Shown: positions 1 to 13,862, counted from the stretch's first letter. The stretch is 64,000 nt of DNA from Carcharhinus amblyrhynchos (GCA_965287045.1 OZ336872.1:93682001-93746000); one strand, 5' to 3'. A program made the numbers and translations. The notes: generated from the letters alone by a model not told the origin.

Positions 1-979
1 CAGTCAACATGTCATAATTAGTTTCACTGAAGACCATTCCAACAATCTGCTTCTATTCTTCTTGCATCATTGTCCGCAGCTAGGCAAATAGCCAGAGGAC
101 AAAAGAAATCAAGTTCTGACAAAACATGAAAGAGTAAAAAGATTTAACTGCTTTTATCAAAGAAACTGAGAAGGACTTTGTGTAAATAAAGTGAATAACT
201 TGCCATCAATATTTCAGCAATTGCCGTTTTTCAGTGCAATGTACAGTTGACATATTAAAAACTTGGTCAAACTTTTAGCAAGATTTAATTGTCTTTTTAA
301 AAATTAAATCAATGACCAGATCAGTACAAACAGTATAGCAACTTTATAATTATTTATTAGTTCACAGGATGCAAGGTAGTAGTTGTATATGATTTTATGA
401 AACTGATTGCACCAAACCCACAGGTGCTTTACGAAGCTACTTACTATTCAGTGTTTCTAAGTTAAACTATTTGATTTTGAAGGGAAAAATAAGTTTGCTT
501 GTATGAAAGAAGTAACCTTACAAACTGATGTGCAACTGTTTTATAATGTGTTCAGGTTTAATATTATGGAAAATAAATTACTATAAAAGGGATGGATAGA
601 ATTGGAAATAAAAAAGAAACAGCAGTAGGTATAAAGAAAATGAATTTTAAAGCCAAGTGCATTTTAAATTGTAAGAAGGAATTTGTACTTAAAATGAAGC
701 CTTTACCACTTTTTTGGTAGAAACAATAATGGTTAATTTAGCTTATGGTAAGAATTCTGTACTATACTTAAATACTAAGACTAATGAAAGTAGTACAGCA
801 TTGTTGCATTTATTAAGATAATATATTAATTTAAATAAAGTACAGAACTAAGTAACACCTAACTTAAGCAAGTCTATTGTTCCCCTGCACCTCATAGTGA
901 CAGAAAGTTGTTGTGCCATTGTGACTTGAACTGAATAGCACTATTTCGTAGTAGTATATTTATGTTGGTTTTCCCTTGT

Positions 980-1400
980 TTGTTTACAGTACAAATTACC
1001 ATTAGAGCAAAGCTTCTTCAACTCTTTCTGCCTCCCCCTTCATGAGGCCTTCAGCATGGTGACCATCCAAGCATAAAAACATGCTTATCTGCAAATGAAT
1101 GGCAGCTCTATGCTTCATTAAAGCTTCTTTCTCTTTTGGCACTCGCATTGTGACCCTTTGATATTAATTCAAAGGGCAATTAATGAATGCGGCTTGTCTT
1201 TGAAGTGAGGTATTCAGGGCAGGGAATAGGATGAACCTGAGGCTGCAATGGACTATATTCATTCAGTAGCCCTTCATAAGGGGTACATCCAGTTCAGGGA
1301 GTTTTGTTTCAGCTTGTGGTTAATGTAGCGCAGCTGATTCTGTGTTTGTTAATTGCGTTATATTGGCGTTGAGTACTGGCAGTGTTGCTTGCAGCCAGTT
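980..1400. promoter_or_regulatory. Candidate intronic enhancer with clustered TCF/LEF, SOX and homeodomain motifs
   Basis: Unique, non-repetitive segment. CCCTTTGA (1154-1161) and TCAAAGGG (1169-1176) are inverted around TATTAAT; third CTTTGAA at 1198-1204; CATTGT at 1146-1151. Function is inferred. Confidence 0.5.
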
Positions 1401-3617
1401 GCATCTAGAGATTTATTTAAACATCTCCACCTATTTCTAGGTTTACAGACCAGGTTGCAAAGTGATTTATTTATATTTCATAACTTATTGCACTACATTG
1501 ACTGTGCTCAAATTGCATTAAACATTGGGAGTTTCTAAGCGGAATAAGCACTAATTTGGCTGCACTCAGTTAACTATATGCACTGAATTGGGATTCACTC
1601 TACTGTGACCAAATCCTTCATAAGGCAGTTTGAATTGACTAAAAGAAAATGGACAAGAGAAGGTCAAGGAGAAAGGGCTAAAGAAGCACTCTATTTGTTA
1701 GAAGTATTAGCCAAGCAAAACTCCAAATAGCAACAATATGACCACAGTTAATAGACAAGCCAGACAGAGGCATGTCAATCACTAATCTTGGAAAGCAATA
1801 GACTGTAGCCCACTGTTTTATCCAATTAGCTTGGTAAACTCAGCATCTGTGATGATAATGTGCTCATTCCAGATTGCTGAGTTTGTTAATTAATTACAAG
1901 GGTAATATCCAGTGAGCTATCAACATCTTCCTGCCGATATATAAACATTTTCTTCTCATATTCATTGATTTCTTCCTCCCAGAATGTTTCAGTGAAACAG
2001 TGCGTGTTCAACTTTGTAACTTTTTCACACGATAGAGTAAATTACACCTTGAGAGTTTTAATCTCAATTGTTTATAATTATGAGAGTGACGCAGATCCTG
2101 TTTTCTACAAAGCTGTAATTTAAGTCTTACTAATGTTTCAATACTAGCAAAGGACTGGATTAAAGCTCACTGCCAGGTTTATGAGCTTCAAGCTGCCTTC
2201 ACACTATTATCTCTTGGGAGTAAAATACTCTGAGAAACTGCTGTAGGATCCTACCAGCCTTTGTGGTTTCCCTGGTAACCATACAATAAAGTAAAATTAC
2301 ATCTATTTGCATAGAACTACACACACAGACCCATGCGTGTGTGCCCTTATGTAATAACTATGATGTATCATCAACAAAAACTAGTAATACATACCCATGT
2401 GAGGCACAATTAGTTTATAATATTTTGGTTTGCTAACTTGGACCTTTTTCAGTTATAAGCCACTGCATGTTAAAGGTAATGAATTGAATCTTGTGATCAT
2501 GCTCCATGGAAGACTAAGAGGAACATTAGTACCACGGAAGTGATCAGTACAGAGACAGGTTTCCGAACGCCCTAAACAAATATACATGTATGAACTGTTC
2601 TAGTACATGAACTTTTCTGTTTGTGCCAAGATCTGAAGTAATTAGATCTCTGAAAGCAAAGACTAGATTTGGATTTCTTAGCTATAAACTATTGATATAG
2701 CACCAACTGAGTGGATAGAAGTGGCATCTGGAGATTGAATTGTTTTAACTGGATTAACACTGAAAGATTCAAATTGATCTGATTTGGGCCAGATTGTATT
2801 AGATTTAGAACGATACAGTCAATTCACCCCTGTAAGATTGGATGGATGATGAATAGAAATACAGTGACCAGAATAAAATTTATCAGTACTAAGAGCTGGC
2901 CTTTAAGTACAATATTAACAAACTAAGCTGATCTCACCTGCACAGTAACTGGATTAGAAGATACTTATAATATTTTTTCTGTTATTTATATCCAGAACCA
3001 TTGACTGTAAAACCCAGATGGTGTTATTGTGGTTAAAGCAGATAAATGCATCTGAGAATATTTCAAGGAGGTAGCCAAGAGTTGTTATGTCTCGTGAATA
3101 ATGATATTTGCTGGTGTAAAGCTCAGCTTTTTCTATTGCATTCCATTAACATCTCCAGCGTGTGATTTGTATTTTTATAACATGTGCTAACCAAAGAATT
3201 TCATTATTGCACTTGGCATCCAGGAAAAATACTTACTTCTGACAAGAGGATTCCGCGCATATCTATTATGTAATTTTCTGTTATACAGGAATTGACAATT
3301 ATTGAATGAAAGCTGCAGTGTTACAACAGGACAACTCTAGCCAGATGTCAGGTCCTCGCCTGGTGTTTGATGTGCATGTTAATTTCCACATGTATTTGTC
3401 GCACAAAGAATCCCAACAGTTGTGACCTGTCCTTTTACCCCATTACTGAAATATGGATATTAAATGAACTATGTAGGGTTGCATGAGTGCTTTAACATAA
3501 ACTCTGAAGCTAAATGTCTGAAGGAGCTCTTTGTCTATAGTCAGCGATTGTTGACCTGTTGGACGTATACGAGAAAAGAAGCGCTGACTGAGTGAGTGAA
3601 AGAAGGTTCTTGACCAT

Positions 3618-3633
3618 TGCCCTCTTGTGGTCA
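3618..3633 (-). promoter_or_regulatory. CTCF-like motif
   Basis: Minus strand reads TGACCACAAGAGGGCA, a close match to the CTCF core CCASYAGRKGGCR. Confidence 0.4.
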
Positions 3634-6600
3634 TGTGACATGGTTACTTCAGGCTGTTCACCTTTGAGAATAACTTGGAAGCAGGTTCTGCGACACTTAT
3701 ATGTCTACAGATGCTTAAAAACATTTAAAAACCTACCAACTAAAACCTCGGTCTGAAAGTGAGAATTTGGAGTCTGAAATGTGTAGAAGTCAAAGGTGAA
3801 GAAATTGGGTTAAAGGGTCAAATGTTTTCCCTTGTTTATTCTTCCTTTCAAGTAAAGTAAACAAAAGCAAAAAAGAAATAGGGAATAGAAAAAAGAAATT
3901 ACTTAGTCACATTAACATTTTTTAAAGATACTTATGCAATGCCCTAAGAGTAATATTGCTAAGTTTTAAATTGTTCCATCTTAACACAACATACAATGAA
4001 ACTCGTTAATTTAGATAACTTTTAATCTTCTGATGCTCTCACAAAGAATTATGAGCAAAGAATTATTAAATTCTTACATATGAGAAGAAATAGCATTAAA
4101 ATATAAAAAAATCAATTTTAATTCCAGGATGAAATGGAGGCAACTTGCTCATCCAAATTGAAGGCAGGAAATCTTTCAGCACAACTTAGGAAGGCACATT
4201 TGTAACATACTGCCAGGTCAAAGTTTATCATAAGGTCAATGTCTACTAGTGTTTCCCTGTTTGAGTTTTAATTAGCTGATCATTTACTTTAAACTGACAG
4301 TGTAAATCAGGGCCTGCCAGAATTTAATCCTTGAAATGTACTCTATGAGATTTCTGTAATTACAATCAACAGTTATAACACTGTAATAAGCAGATTCTTT
4401 GTGTGAAGAGTGTGGATAACAACGCAATTACTTCCATAGTTAGAGCGTACAAACTGTGGGGAAGCTGTTTTTGATGTTAGCACCCCAGGCCAGCATACAG
4501 AACTTTCATGGTAGATTTGCAGTTTCCACAGCAAGAGAAATATTCAGTGTTCCTACGTTTAAAAAGTAAATGTTTTCACGGTTCATTAATTCACATCAGA
4601 ATACAAAATCAAAGAACAAGGGGAAAAGGTTGGAATCAGTGTCATAATGAAACAGAATTCTATGGTGTCATTAGAGGGATCAGTTTTGCATGTTTTAAGT
4701 AATTAAAATTCAACATTCATATGGCCCCTAGTGGCCATAAAAGTGCCCATTTTATGCTTTTCAACATGGCTTTTTCTAATTGTTCTGTTTTCTGGCATGA
4801 CAAAAACAAACTTTCCTGGGGTGATGCCAATTGGAAATTTGTTCCTGGTTTCACACTAGTGAAACATGTGTCCCAACTCCACATGTGACTATGATTATTA
4901 TTGTGATCGTATCCATTAGGAATCGTGCTTACCAATTGATTCACTTTTTTAAAAGTTGACCATGAAAGGTAACAATTAGATGCAGTTGAATAAACTTTAT
5001 ACTACTGTTTTAATTTAAAACATTTTGGTAACAATGGCTCAATAGTTTCAAAAGTAAATTGGGTCCTAGTGGAGAGGAGTAACTTGGTTAAGGATAAAGG
5101 GTCAATAATCAAATCCTCTCTGTCTACTGTAGCCATGAATTTACTTAAATTTACAAATTCTGAAACCCAGCACGCTTTTTCAACTTCCTACAGAAATAGT
5201 TTGAATTTAAAAGTAATTATGCAGTTATTTGAACAAAATGGTTTATAAGACAGCTCTGTTTAAAAAATGTTCAGTATCTTAAATTTGGAATTTGGTAGAT
5301 AAACTTCTCTGATACACCTTCCTTTTAAATAGCCATTCTCCATATATTGGAGGATGAGTTTCTTTCAGTGATGAAGGCGTGAAGAATTGACAAATTTTAT
5401 CCCTAGCCAAAATACTATTCCCCCCCCCCCACTGATGTTTGGTTACTCTTGAATTAATCTTAATGAGTTTAACTTTAAACTAACATATGATTAGGAACTG
5501 GATGCATGACATAAAGTGCAATGATCCTAAAAAGTCCAATTTTAATTATTTTGCATGTATTGGACAGTGGAGATGATAGATCTTCAGTTAATAGTTGATG
5601 GTCTTTATTGTGGTCTATATAAAGTAGTTTTGCTAATGATTTATCTATTTTACAGACAATTTAGGCAGGTGTAAAATGAATCTCTTTAGTAGATCACGTA
5701 GTCATACCAGCAGAACGATAGGCACAGATGGGCCAGAAGCTGTCATCCCATCATTGCCATGAGTACATCTGCTTTACTTCAATGTACTGTTATATGTACT
5801 CAGTCAATCACTTTGTCCCATTTGCTGAGAAGCTAAACTGGTCTGATCTGCAAATAAATTGTTCATTTGTCTTTTTTCCCTTTTGTTTTGTTTTGGTAAC
5901 ACATGTCGACAGCTCAATTACCCAGTTCATTAACAGCTCCCAAAAGACTTCGTGGCCGGCCTATGATAGGAACACTGCTTGGAGCACATATGGTCTGTAA
6001 AGGCCCTTCGCTTGATAGTTATATAAACGAAAATGACTGCTGCCTTTATCTTCGATGTTTCCTTTGCCAGCACTACACCTCACAATGCAAGCAACTGTTT
6101 CTAATTGTATTGATCGGGTTGGATTTTCTTCACAAAGATACAAGTGCCATATTCTAAGCATACTTGTTTAACTGTGTTTGCTAGGGTTAATATATTTGGT
6201 TAAAATGATTTTAAAAGTTTGCTTTTTGAGGTGTTACACGTAGATAAATGAAGATGTAATTTGAAATTTTTTCGTTTGATGCAATATAAACTTTGAAATG
6301 GTGATTTTCTATTGCTCCTGAATCTTTTTCTGAAAAATCCTTACATCTTGACCATCTTAATTCAAGAGATAGAAATGAATTTACATTTAAACAGAATGTC
6401 AAAAAGACAGCTGAAGGTGGTAAACCTAGGTAGTTTTTTGGCTGATATCATTTTACACAATTGGATGGACTTTTAAAAAGAAACTGCATGTCTGTCAAAA
6501 TATAGTCACAGTAACATCACATACAGTTCTGCAATATTTTGAGTTTCCCAAAGAAATACAACTGTGCTGTAAAGTAATTTGTTAAAATTATCTGATTGGA

Positions 6601-8329
6601 AGTGAATTCTCTTGAATTAAATATGTGGGTGCTTTTAATCATGTACACTTCCAAAGAGCAGTCAGCATGAAACAGACAGCACCAAAAAGGTCTTTCACGG
6701 ACATAGGTTAAAGATGAAGGCACTCTTTAGTAACATGCACTTGGATTTAATCATTGAAATTGGTTTAAAAAATGTTTGTTCTCAGTTAACCATCAACCTG
6801 TATGCAGTAATAAGGCAAAAAGCTTGAGGGGAGCTCCTGGCTGACTTTAGACCTTCTGAACTTGTCTCCTGCTGTTTACTATATTCATATTTAATCTGTA
6901 TTCTCCACCCACAGCAAAACCACTGTGGGAGTTGTTGCATGTCAGAGTTTATTTGTACCATTTTGGTTAGCACAGAGCTGTCAGGGGCTTATTTTGTTAT
7001 CAATGACCCCTTGCTGTGGAGCTGAGAGTCAGGAAAATGGAGGAGGGGAAAGTTGGTTGGGGGGATGGCAGGAATTAAATGCATCTTCATGGAAGAGAAA
7101 CTCGCCTAAAAAAGCTTGAAAGCACACCAATAGATTATATCAAGCTGCTGCTCTTCCCCCTCACAAAATAACAGAAGACCAAATAATAGACAACAAAAAA
7201 TTAAACCTTTGCTATGTTACAAGTTAAAAGATTATTCACCTTCTTAAAAAAGAACCTTTTGCAGTGCATACATGTTGTTTCCAGTAACATATTAAACTAA
7301 CATTTACTGCCGATCAGGTTTAATACAATAAGTTGCTTAATGTATAGAAACATTGTATGACAGGAGTACCTCCAGGTGCTACAGGCTCCTAAAACAGAGA
7401 GCTGGATTAACCCCTGCCGAGTTTCCTTCTCCAGCCCTCAACTGCTCTACTCCATTCCTCTTAAGTGTCTCTTTGTGCCAGGCAGGTGTCAGAATGCTGA
7501 CTGTGAGGAAGGGCCTGTTGATGTATACCACAGATGGAGCGTGGAAATTGGCAGAATAGGCTTCTGCCATAGGCCACTTCTTAGGCCCCAACAAAAGGAG
7601 CCAAATATGTCAACAAAAAATCCTGAGAACCACAAAGAGGAAAGTGTCATTTGTCATTAACTCTGATCCAGTGATGGGGTATCAGAGTTACTAAAGCATG
7701 CCTAGTTTTCAAGCAAGTAAAAATGATAGTTCTGGTTCTTTAGAATGAGAAGTTTGGTTTAGTTTAGGGAACAGGTGGCTGGTGGCACGCTGCAATTTAT
7801 TTGCAGCATTTTCAGCTGCAAATATTGTACTACCTTGTGTTTGTTGGATTGTTAAAAAAACATTTATTAAATTAAATTTATTGTTAGTGAGCAAAGCCTT
7901 TTAGGTTTTGAATTTATATTTGATAATCAGTCACAAGAAACTAAAACTGGACAAAAAGATTCACAAAGCACAATGATTGTGATAAACCAGACAGCCCAAT
8001 GGAAAGCCACAAAATATAAATTTTAGTCCCCACCATGTGCCTAACTGGGTTAGTCTTGCATATCAAAGGGAAAGAATCAAGTCCACGAGTTAGATTAAAT
8101 CATACTTCATGAGTAGGCACTGAGTATCTTGTTTGAAGTTTGTTTTGTTATTTTAAGAATGGCACAACTAACTGAAAGCTGCAGCAGCTGTGGAAATACA
8201 GAAGATGTCATTTTTAAAAAATCTTAACTTGCTTCCCTTGGACAATAGCGTGGAGTAATGGAGGGATTTGCAGGCTGATTAATAAACAGTCTGACAAGCC
8301 ACAGTGTGAATGCTGAGCCATAACTCATC

Positions 8330-8495
8330 TTTACATCAGCAGGTAGTGTTTGGGATTCCATACGGTGGTAAAGGGGAATTACCGGCACCCATTGGATGGC
8401 ACTGGACATTAACCCAGAATTCTGTCTCCAGCCTGAAATGGGTTTTGAACCCTTCACCTTCTGATTCAGAAGCAGATTGCTACCACAAAGCCAAA
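8330..8495 (-). mobile_element. Degenerate tRNA-headed SINE 5' part (SacSINE1/DeuSINE-like)
   Basis: ttgaacccttcaccttctgattcagaagcagattgctaccacaaagcca is the reverse complement of a tRNA-like head with A and B boxes. Confidence 0.45.
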
Positions 8496-8673
8496 GGCTT
8501 ACTCCATGTGGATAATCTTTCTGTAGCTTCAAACACAAATGAGTGTGGCTGAAACATTTTAACTACAATGGGCCAGAATTTCCTCGATTAGCATACTCGT
8601 ATTGTGTGTAGCAAATTTTGTTGTTTGTGTATCTAACATCCTGTTGAGAATTTATATTGAAATTTCCTGGAAA

Positions 8674-8971
8674 GGCAATGTGATGGTGGAGCATAATAGT
8701 GAAAGTACTGAGACCTGGAGGTTCGATTCCCGGTTTGGGTCACTGCCTGTGCAGAATCTGCATGTTCTCCCCATGTCTGCGTGAATTTTCTCCAATTTCT
8801 CCCCACAATCCGAAAGACGTGCTGGTTAGGTGCATTGACCATGCTAAATTCTCACTCAGTGTATCCGGACAGGTACTGGAGTGTGGCGACTAGGGGAATT
8901 TCACAGTAACTTCATTGCTGTGGTAATATAAGCCTACTTGTGACACTAATAAATAAACTTTAAACTTTAAA
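8674..8971 (+). mobile_element. HE1-related V-SINE, alternative (non-CR1) tail type
   Basis: B box ggttcgattccc, V-domain gggtcactg.ctgtgcagaatctgcatgttctccccatgtctgcgtg, tail ...cacagtaacttcattgc...cctacttgtgacactaataaataaac(tttaaac)n. Confidence 0.85.
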
Positions 8972-9984
8972 ACATGGTGCAGCCAATCCTTTCATCATCT
9001 GTGTCAATGAACTGCATAAACAAATCTTTCTTGGTATAACTTGAGTCATAGAATTCTGAATTTGAAATTCTTTCACTATGCTGATCTTGATCACCAGTTG
9101 AAAATTATCTGAGTTACCAGCTGCTGTAATCAGTTTTCAAGAATATTCAAATTTGGAGTTTTTTTTATTTGTACCATTTATTCAGAAGATAACATTAGTA
9201 ATTTAAGTTAGCTAAAAAGGTCTCTGATTAAGATGAAATCCTCACTTTCATCAAAGGACCTATAGGCACAGGACTGGTAATATCTATTAAATCCAGCATG
9301 TGCCAACAAAGAAAGACTCGAATGAGTTTTAGATCAGAAATAAATATGTCTGGAAATAGCAATCATTTTGTACAGAAATTCAAAGGCATTCACAGAACAA
9401 ATAAATGGATTGAATTACTTTGTGGCCCAAGAGCTCTACTCCCGAATGAGTTCGCGAGCACCTAGTTTTGATAGTGAAATGCCACATTCTGTTCACATGA
9501 TTCCAGGTTGCAGGGCTGAAGTTCCACAGTTTTTCTGGCCCTTTTCAACTGAGAACTCATGCGAAGCGTAAATCATGCAAATACCAGGTGACCAAAGGCT
9601 CACCTCCACCAATATTGCTCAGTCTAAGTGCGTAAATTGTAAGTATAAATCTGGGATTTCAATGGGAACTGTGTAATGATCAATACCTAAAGATGTTGGC
9701 AAGTAATTTTGTCATGGGATAATTGTTTAATATCATAGCTTATTCTCCTAGTTGATTAATGTATTTTATTGAGGCAATTTAATAGTGGGATACTGTAGCC
9801 AGGTGATAATGCAATATGTTTAGACTGTGCTTCTCTTGTTTTATTGATTCAGTCTTTAATAATTGAAAGGGTGCAACAAATAGAATTCATTGAATTTTGT
9901 TTTTTTAATTTTATGTTGTCAAGATTCATTTACTGCAAGTATCATCAGCCCTAATAATGATTGTGGAAGAAACAGTGTGAGATG

Positions 9985-10268
9985 GGGGAATAATGCACAG
10001 TGGTTAGCACTGCTCCAGGGACACAGGTTCAATTCCCAGCTTGGATGACTGTCTGCGTGGAGTCTGCACATTCTCCTCGTGTCTGTGTGGATTTCTGCTG
10101 AGTGTTTCAGTTTTCCCCCAAAAGATATGCTGGTTAGGTGCATTGGCCATGCTGAATCCTCCCTCAGTGTACCAGAACAGGTGCTAGAGTGTGGTGACTA
10201 GAGGATTTTCATTGCAATGTCAGTGTAAACCTACTTGTGACTAATAAATAAACTAAAGTAAACTAAAC
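9985..10268 (+). mobile_element. HE1-related V-SINE, alternative tail type
   Basis: gcacagtggttagcactgct head, ggttcaattccc B box, V-domain, tail cctacttgtgactaataaataaactaaag. Confidence 0.85.
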
Positions 10269-11920
10269 ACACAAAAATAACAGATTGGCGTCCTTTTCTT
10301 TCACTGAGAACCATTGATTCCTTTGACTTCTCTGAACTTTGCTCAGGAATAGCCTTGTTTCTAGGTGAAAGATTAAATATTCAAAATTTGAGGCAACCCT
10401 TAAATTATAATTTGAAAGCTCACTGCTTATGTAGTTGTTAACTCATATTTGTGTTCATATCAATTGCTGCAGTTCCATAATCAGCCAATTTGTGTGAAGT
10501 GAAAGAAATCTCGATGAAGTGCTATGTACCTGAATGCCATGCTGTGTTTAGTTCCCTGTGATAATGGCCTGAAGTGTTCATATATCACCGTCCGAACAAA
10601 GGCAAATATTTCCTGAAGTCACAGTAAAGGTCAGAGTAGAAAGAACTGCTTCTAATTCCATAATTCCTTGTTTAATTAAACTTCACGGTTTGTCCAGTGG
10701 TGGTACTTATGTTTCCCCTCCCTTTTTTATTTGTTCCTATAGTGAGGAATTTGTAATCCCATGGAGTGTTATTGCTTCCCTATTCTTGATCCCTTTGCTA
10801 ATTGCTGTCTTTCCTACTTTCCCCCAGTTTCATTACTCTGAAGCAGGGTTCTCTCCACAAAAAGAAGCTTCAGTAAGCCTTACTATGAAGTAATATCATG
10901 GATACATTAATGAGCTTGTTAGTGTTCTTTTGATGGTTAAATTTGACAAAGTTACTTCTAATACTTCATGTTTATAATGTTATATTAATAATGTTCAGTG
11001 ACTTTAAAAATGAATATATTTCATAGGAAATTTCTGATTGATGTTCAAATAGATTTGACTTATTTTCTTAAACAATGACTGCTATATTGAACTTTAACAA
11101 TTGGCTGCACCATTTACTAAAATTATGATCAGAAGTAATATGTTCACTTTCTAATTTGTAACTATGGCATGCTTGTGCAGGAATATGCTGAGGAGAAGTA
11201 ATTGTGAGTTACATTATAGTTGTACTTCATCAAAGAAGAAATACAATAGTCAAAATCCTCTTCCAAAACTAAAATACAAATGATTTGTTTCTAAACAGAA
11301 TAGGTGCTGATTAAGTGAAGCCAATGTAGTTTGCCAGATACTGTCTGAGTGTTGAATAACTGCAAATCAGTTTGGGTATGGACTGTGTACACCTGAGAAT
11401 GCATAATGTAGTGATGTACTACATTATACATTCTCAGGTGTACACAGTCCAGATAGCCTTCTAAAGTTTGCTGATGCATTCTGTAGCAATCCATAACTTT
11501 GCAGTAACTTTGTAAAAAAAATCACAAGGCCACTGGTCAAAACTTCTGAAATTTGATAATCAATAGAATAAATCCAGTAAAGTAATTCCAGGATTAATGT
11601 AACTTGCATACTCATCAGTTAAGTGTGTTAAATTTGTATTTGATCAGATTGAATGCTGGCTCTTTTTAGGAGGGTAAATTTCCCAAGACCAGGAACAAAA
11701 TAATACATGCATGCTATTGTAAATACTTGATGCAATAACCATGGCTGTGAAAACGAGATATCTAAACTGCTTAGAATTTGTTTTAGTTCAAAAATGTTTT
11801 GAAGCAAATACAGTGGTAATCATGCAAAAATCTAATTGTTGAATGTACCTTTTTGATGTCTCAATTTTTGTTGACATTTATAATATTTTTGTTCTGAAAG
11901 TGTTGATACAACATTGAGAA

Positions 11921-12165
11921 CTTTTTTTATTTATTCATGGGGTGTGGGCATCGCTGGCTGGGTCAGCATTTATTCCCCGTCTCTGATTGCCCTTGAACTG
12001 AATGGCTGGCTAAGCCATTTCAGGAGACATTTAAGATCCATTGTTGTGGTTTCATGTCAACACTGAAGTTTCAATTCTTGATTTTCTTTGGTGGAATTCA
12101 CATTTGGTGGAATTCAAAACCCAGTGTCTGGATTCCTAGTCTAGTGACAATACTATTACTGCCCT
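11921..12165 (-). mobile_element. tRNA-derived SINE with a LINE-derived 3' tail
   Basis: ttcatggggtgtgggcatcgctggctgggtcagcatttattccc...ttgcccttgaa resembles the reverse complement of the LINE 3' end at about 60010-60085. The head-like end is ctggattcctagtctagtgacaatac. Confidence 0.6.
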
Positions 12166-12580
12166 AGAGGAACTGAACTGGACAGTTGCATTAATATCTG
12201 TGAATATAATCACATTTTAACTGAGTGCCAATGCAACATGTATACATTTGAGTATTGCTGCCAAATGACTATGCATTGGCAATTTGCCAAATCTTGAAAT
12301 CAGTAACTATCATCTCAACAAAATAGATAGAAAGTACAGGACATTAATAAAAACTTCTGTAGCTGCATTTTAAAAGAAAAAAAAACAAACAGTATTGCTT
12401 TACCTTTTTATTGATTTCACAAAAATGTACACATACAGTTACACTTTTATGCAGGATTGCTACATCACTATCAATAGCCTTTCAAATCAGAGAATAGGAT
12501 CTTAAATATCATAAATCAAGAATTTAACAGTGATTTGAAGGACCCTTTTACTATTATGTTATCAGAAGATATTACATGTT

Positions 12581-12909
12581 CACAGAATCATAGAATCCCC
12601 ACAATACACAAGGAGGCCATTTGGCCCATCGAATCTGCACTGACCATAATCCCACCTAGGCCCTACTCCTGTAACCTCACATATTTACCCTGCTAATCCC
12701 CTAGACACTAGGGTCAATTTAGCATGGCCAATCCACCTAACCCGCACATCTTTGGGCTGTGGGAGGACACCAGAGCACCTGGAGGAAACTCACACAGACA
12801 CGGGGAAAATGTGCAAATTTCACTCAAGCAGTGACCCGAGGCCAGAATTGAACCTGAGCCCCTGGCACTGCAAGGCAGCAGTACTAACCAATGTGCCATC
12901 GTGCTGCCC
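12581..12909 (-). mobile_element. HE1 SINE (V-SINE with CR1/HER1-type tail), full length
   Basis: Reverse complement reads gggcagcacgatggcacattggttagtactgctgcc...ggttcaattc...V-domain...gatgggccaaatggcctccttg...gattctatgattctg. Confidence 0.9.
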
Positions 12910-12955
12910 TGCAACCATAGCAATGCAAACTAACACATCCAGCAGTGGAAAGATG

Positions 12956-13146
12956 TAAGTTTAAGTTTATTTATTATTGTCACAAGTAGGCTTACATTAA
13001 TACTGCAATGAAGTTACTTTGAAAATCCCCTAGTCGCCACACTCCGGCATCTGTTCGGGTACACTGAGGGAGAATTTAATACGGCCAATGCACCTAACCA
13101 GCATGTCTTTCGGACTAGTGGGAATTGGAACAGACATGGGGAGACA
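12956..13146 (-). mobile_element. HE1-related V-SINE 3' half, alternative tail type
   Basis: tttatttattattgtcacaagtaggcttacattaatactgcaatgaagttac...cccctagtcgccacactccgg matches the tail of the copies at 8674 and 9985. Confidence 0.85.
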
Positions 13147-13639
13147 AGTTTGGGTGCATGCAAATAGTTAAGTCTCCTAAAAGTGACCTTAACTTGGGAT
13201 CCTTAACCTGGTTTCACCTGGAAAGTTTCGCAAGTGAGCCTGGAATCTCCTTGCAGCTTTTGGGTAACATGTTATAGACAAATAGTACTTTTTTAATCAT
13301 GGATTTTGGCTTTAACAGCCAGTAGACCTGTTTCTAGGATTGTCAACAATTTGGCAGGGTTAATGAAGTGAATGCATGTGGGGACTACTACTTGAGTGAA
13401 ATTGACAGGCTGGGGAGCCTTTTATTAAACAAGCTGAAAAGTTCCATCCATGGCCAGATGTGTGGTTGCTGCTCATAGCAGTCCTACTCAGTGAGTGTCT
13501 TCAGTGCTCGATACGTGATTACCTGCTTCTCAGAAGTCAGTTTACCCAAATTGTATTTCACTCGCCTTCAGCTGCACTTGTCTGTTGCCAGCCCTTGTCA
13601 TGGAATAGAAACAACATCCGCAATTCTACCTTGCACCTC

Positions 13640-13862
13640 TGAGGAGGAACAAGAAGAACACCGCAATGGTCATGTCAACCTCCTTCTCACCTGCCACAGG
13701 AAGAAGGGAGTGGACACAGATTTAGTTCAAAGGAGGCGAGACCCTCAGCACAGGGGGATCAGCAGTCCTGACATACATGAGCATCAGTGCCATAGGAGGC
13801 TCAGGTTTTCACTGTAGGTTGTTGCTGACTTCTGCAGCCTCCTGGAACAAGGTCTCCTTAGT
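13640..13862 (+). mobile_element. PIF/Harbinger-like transposase N-terminal remnant
   Basis: Translation RRRDPQHRG...EHQCHRRLRFSL*VVADFCSLLEQGLL resembles the Harbinger/HARBI1 N-terminal C..RLRFSR..V.D.C.LL..DL motif. A homologous peptide occurs at about 52690-52770. Confidence 0.5.
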
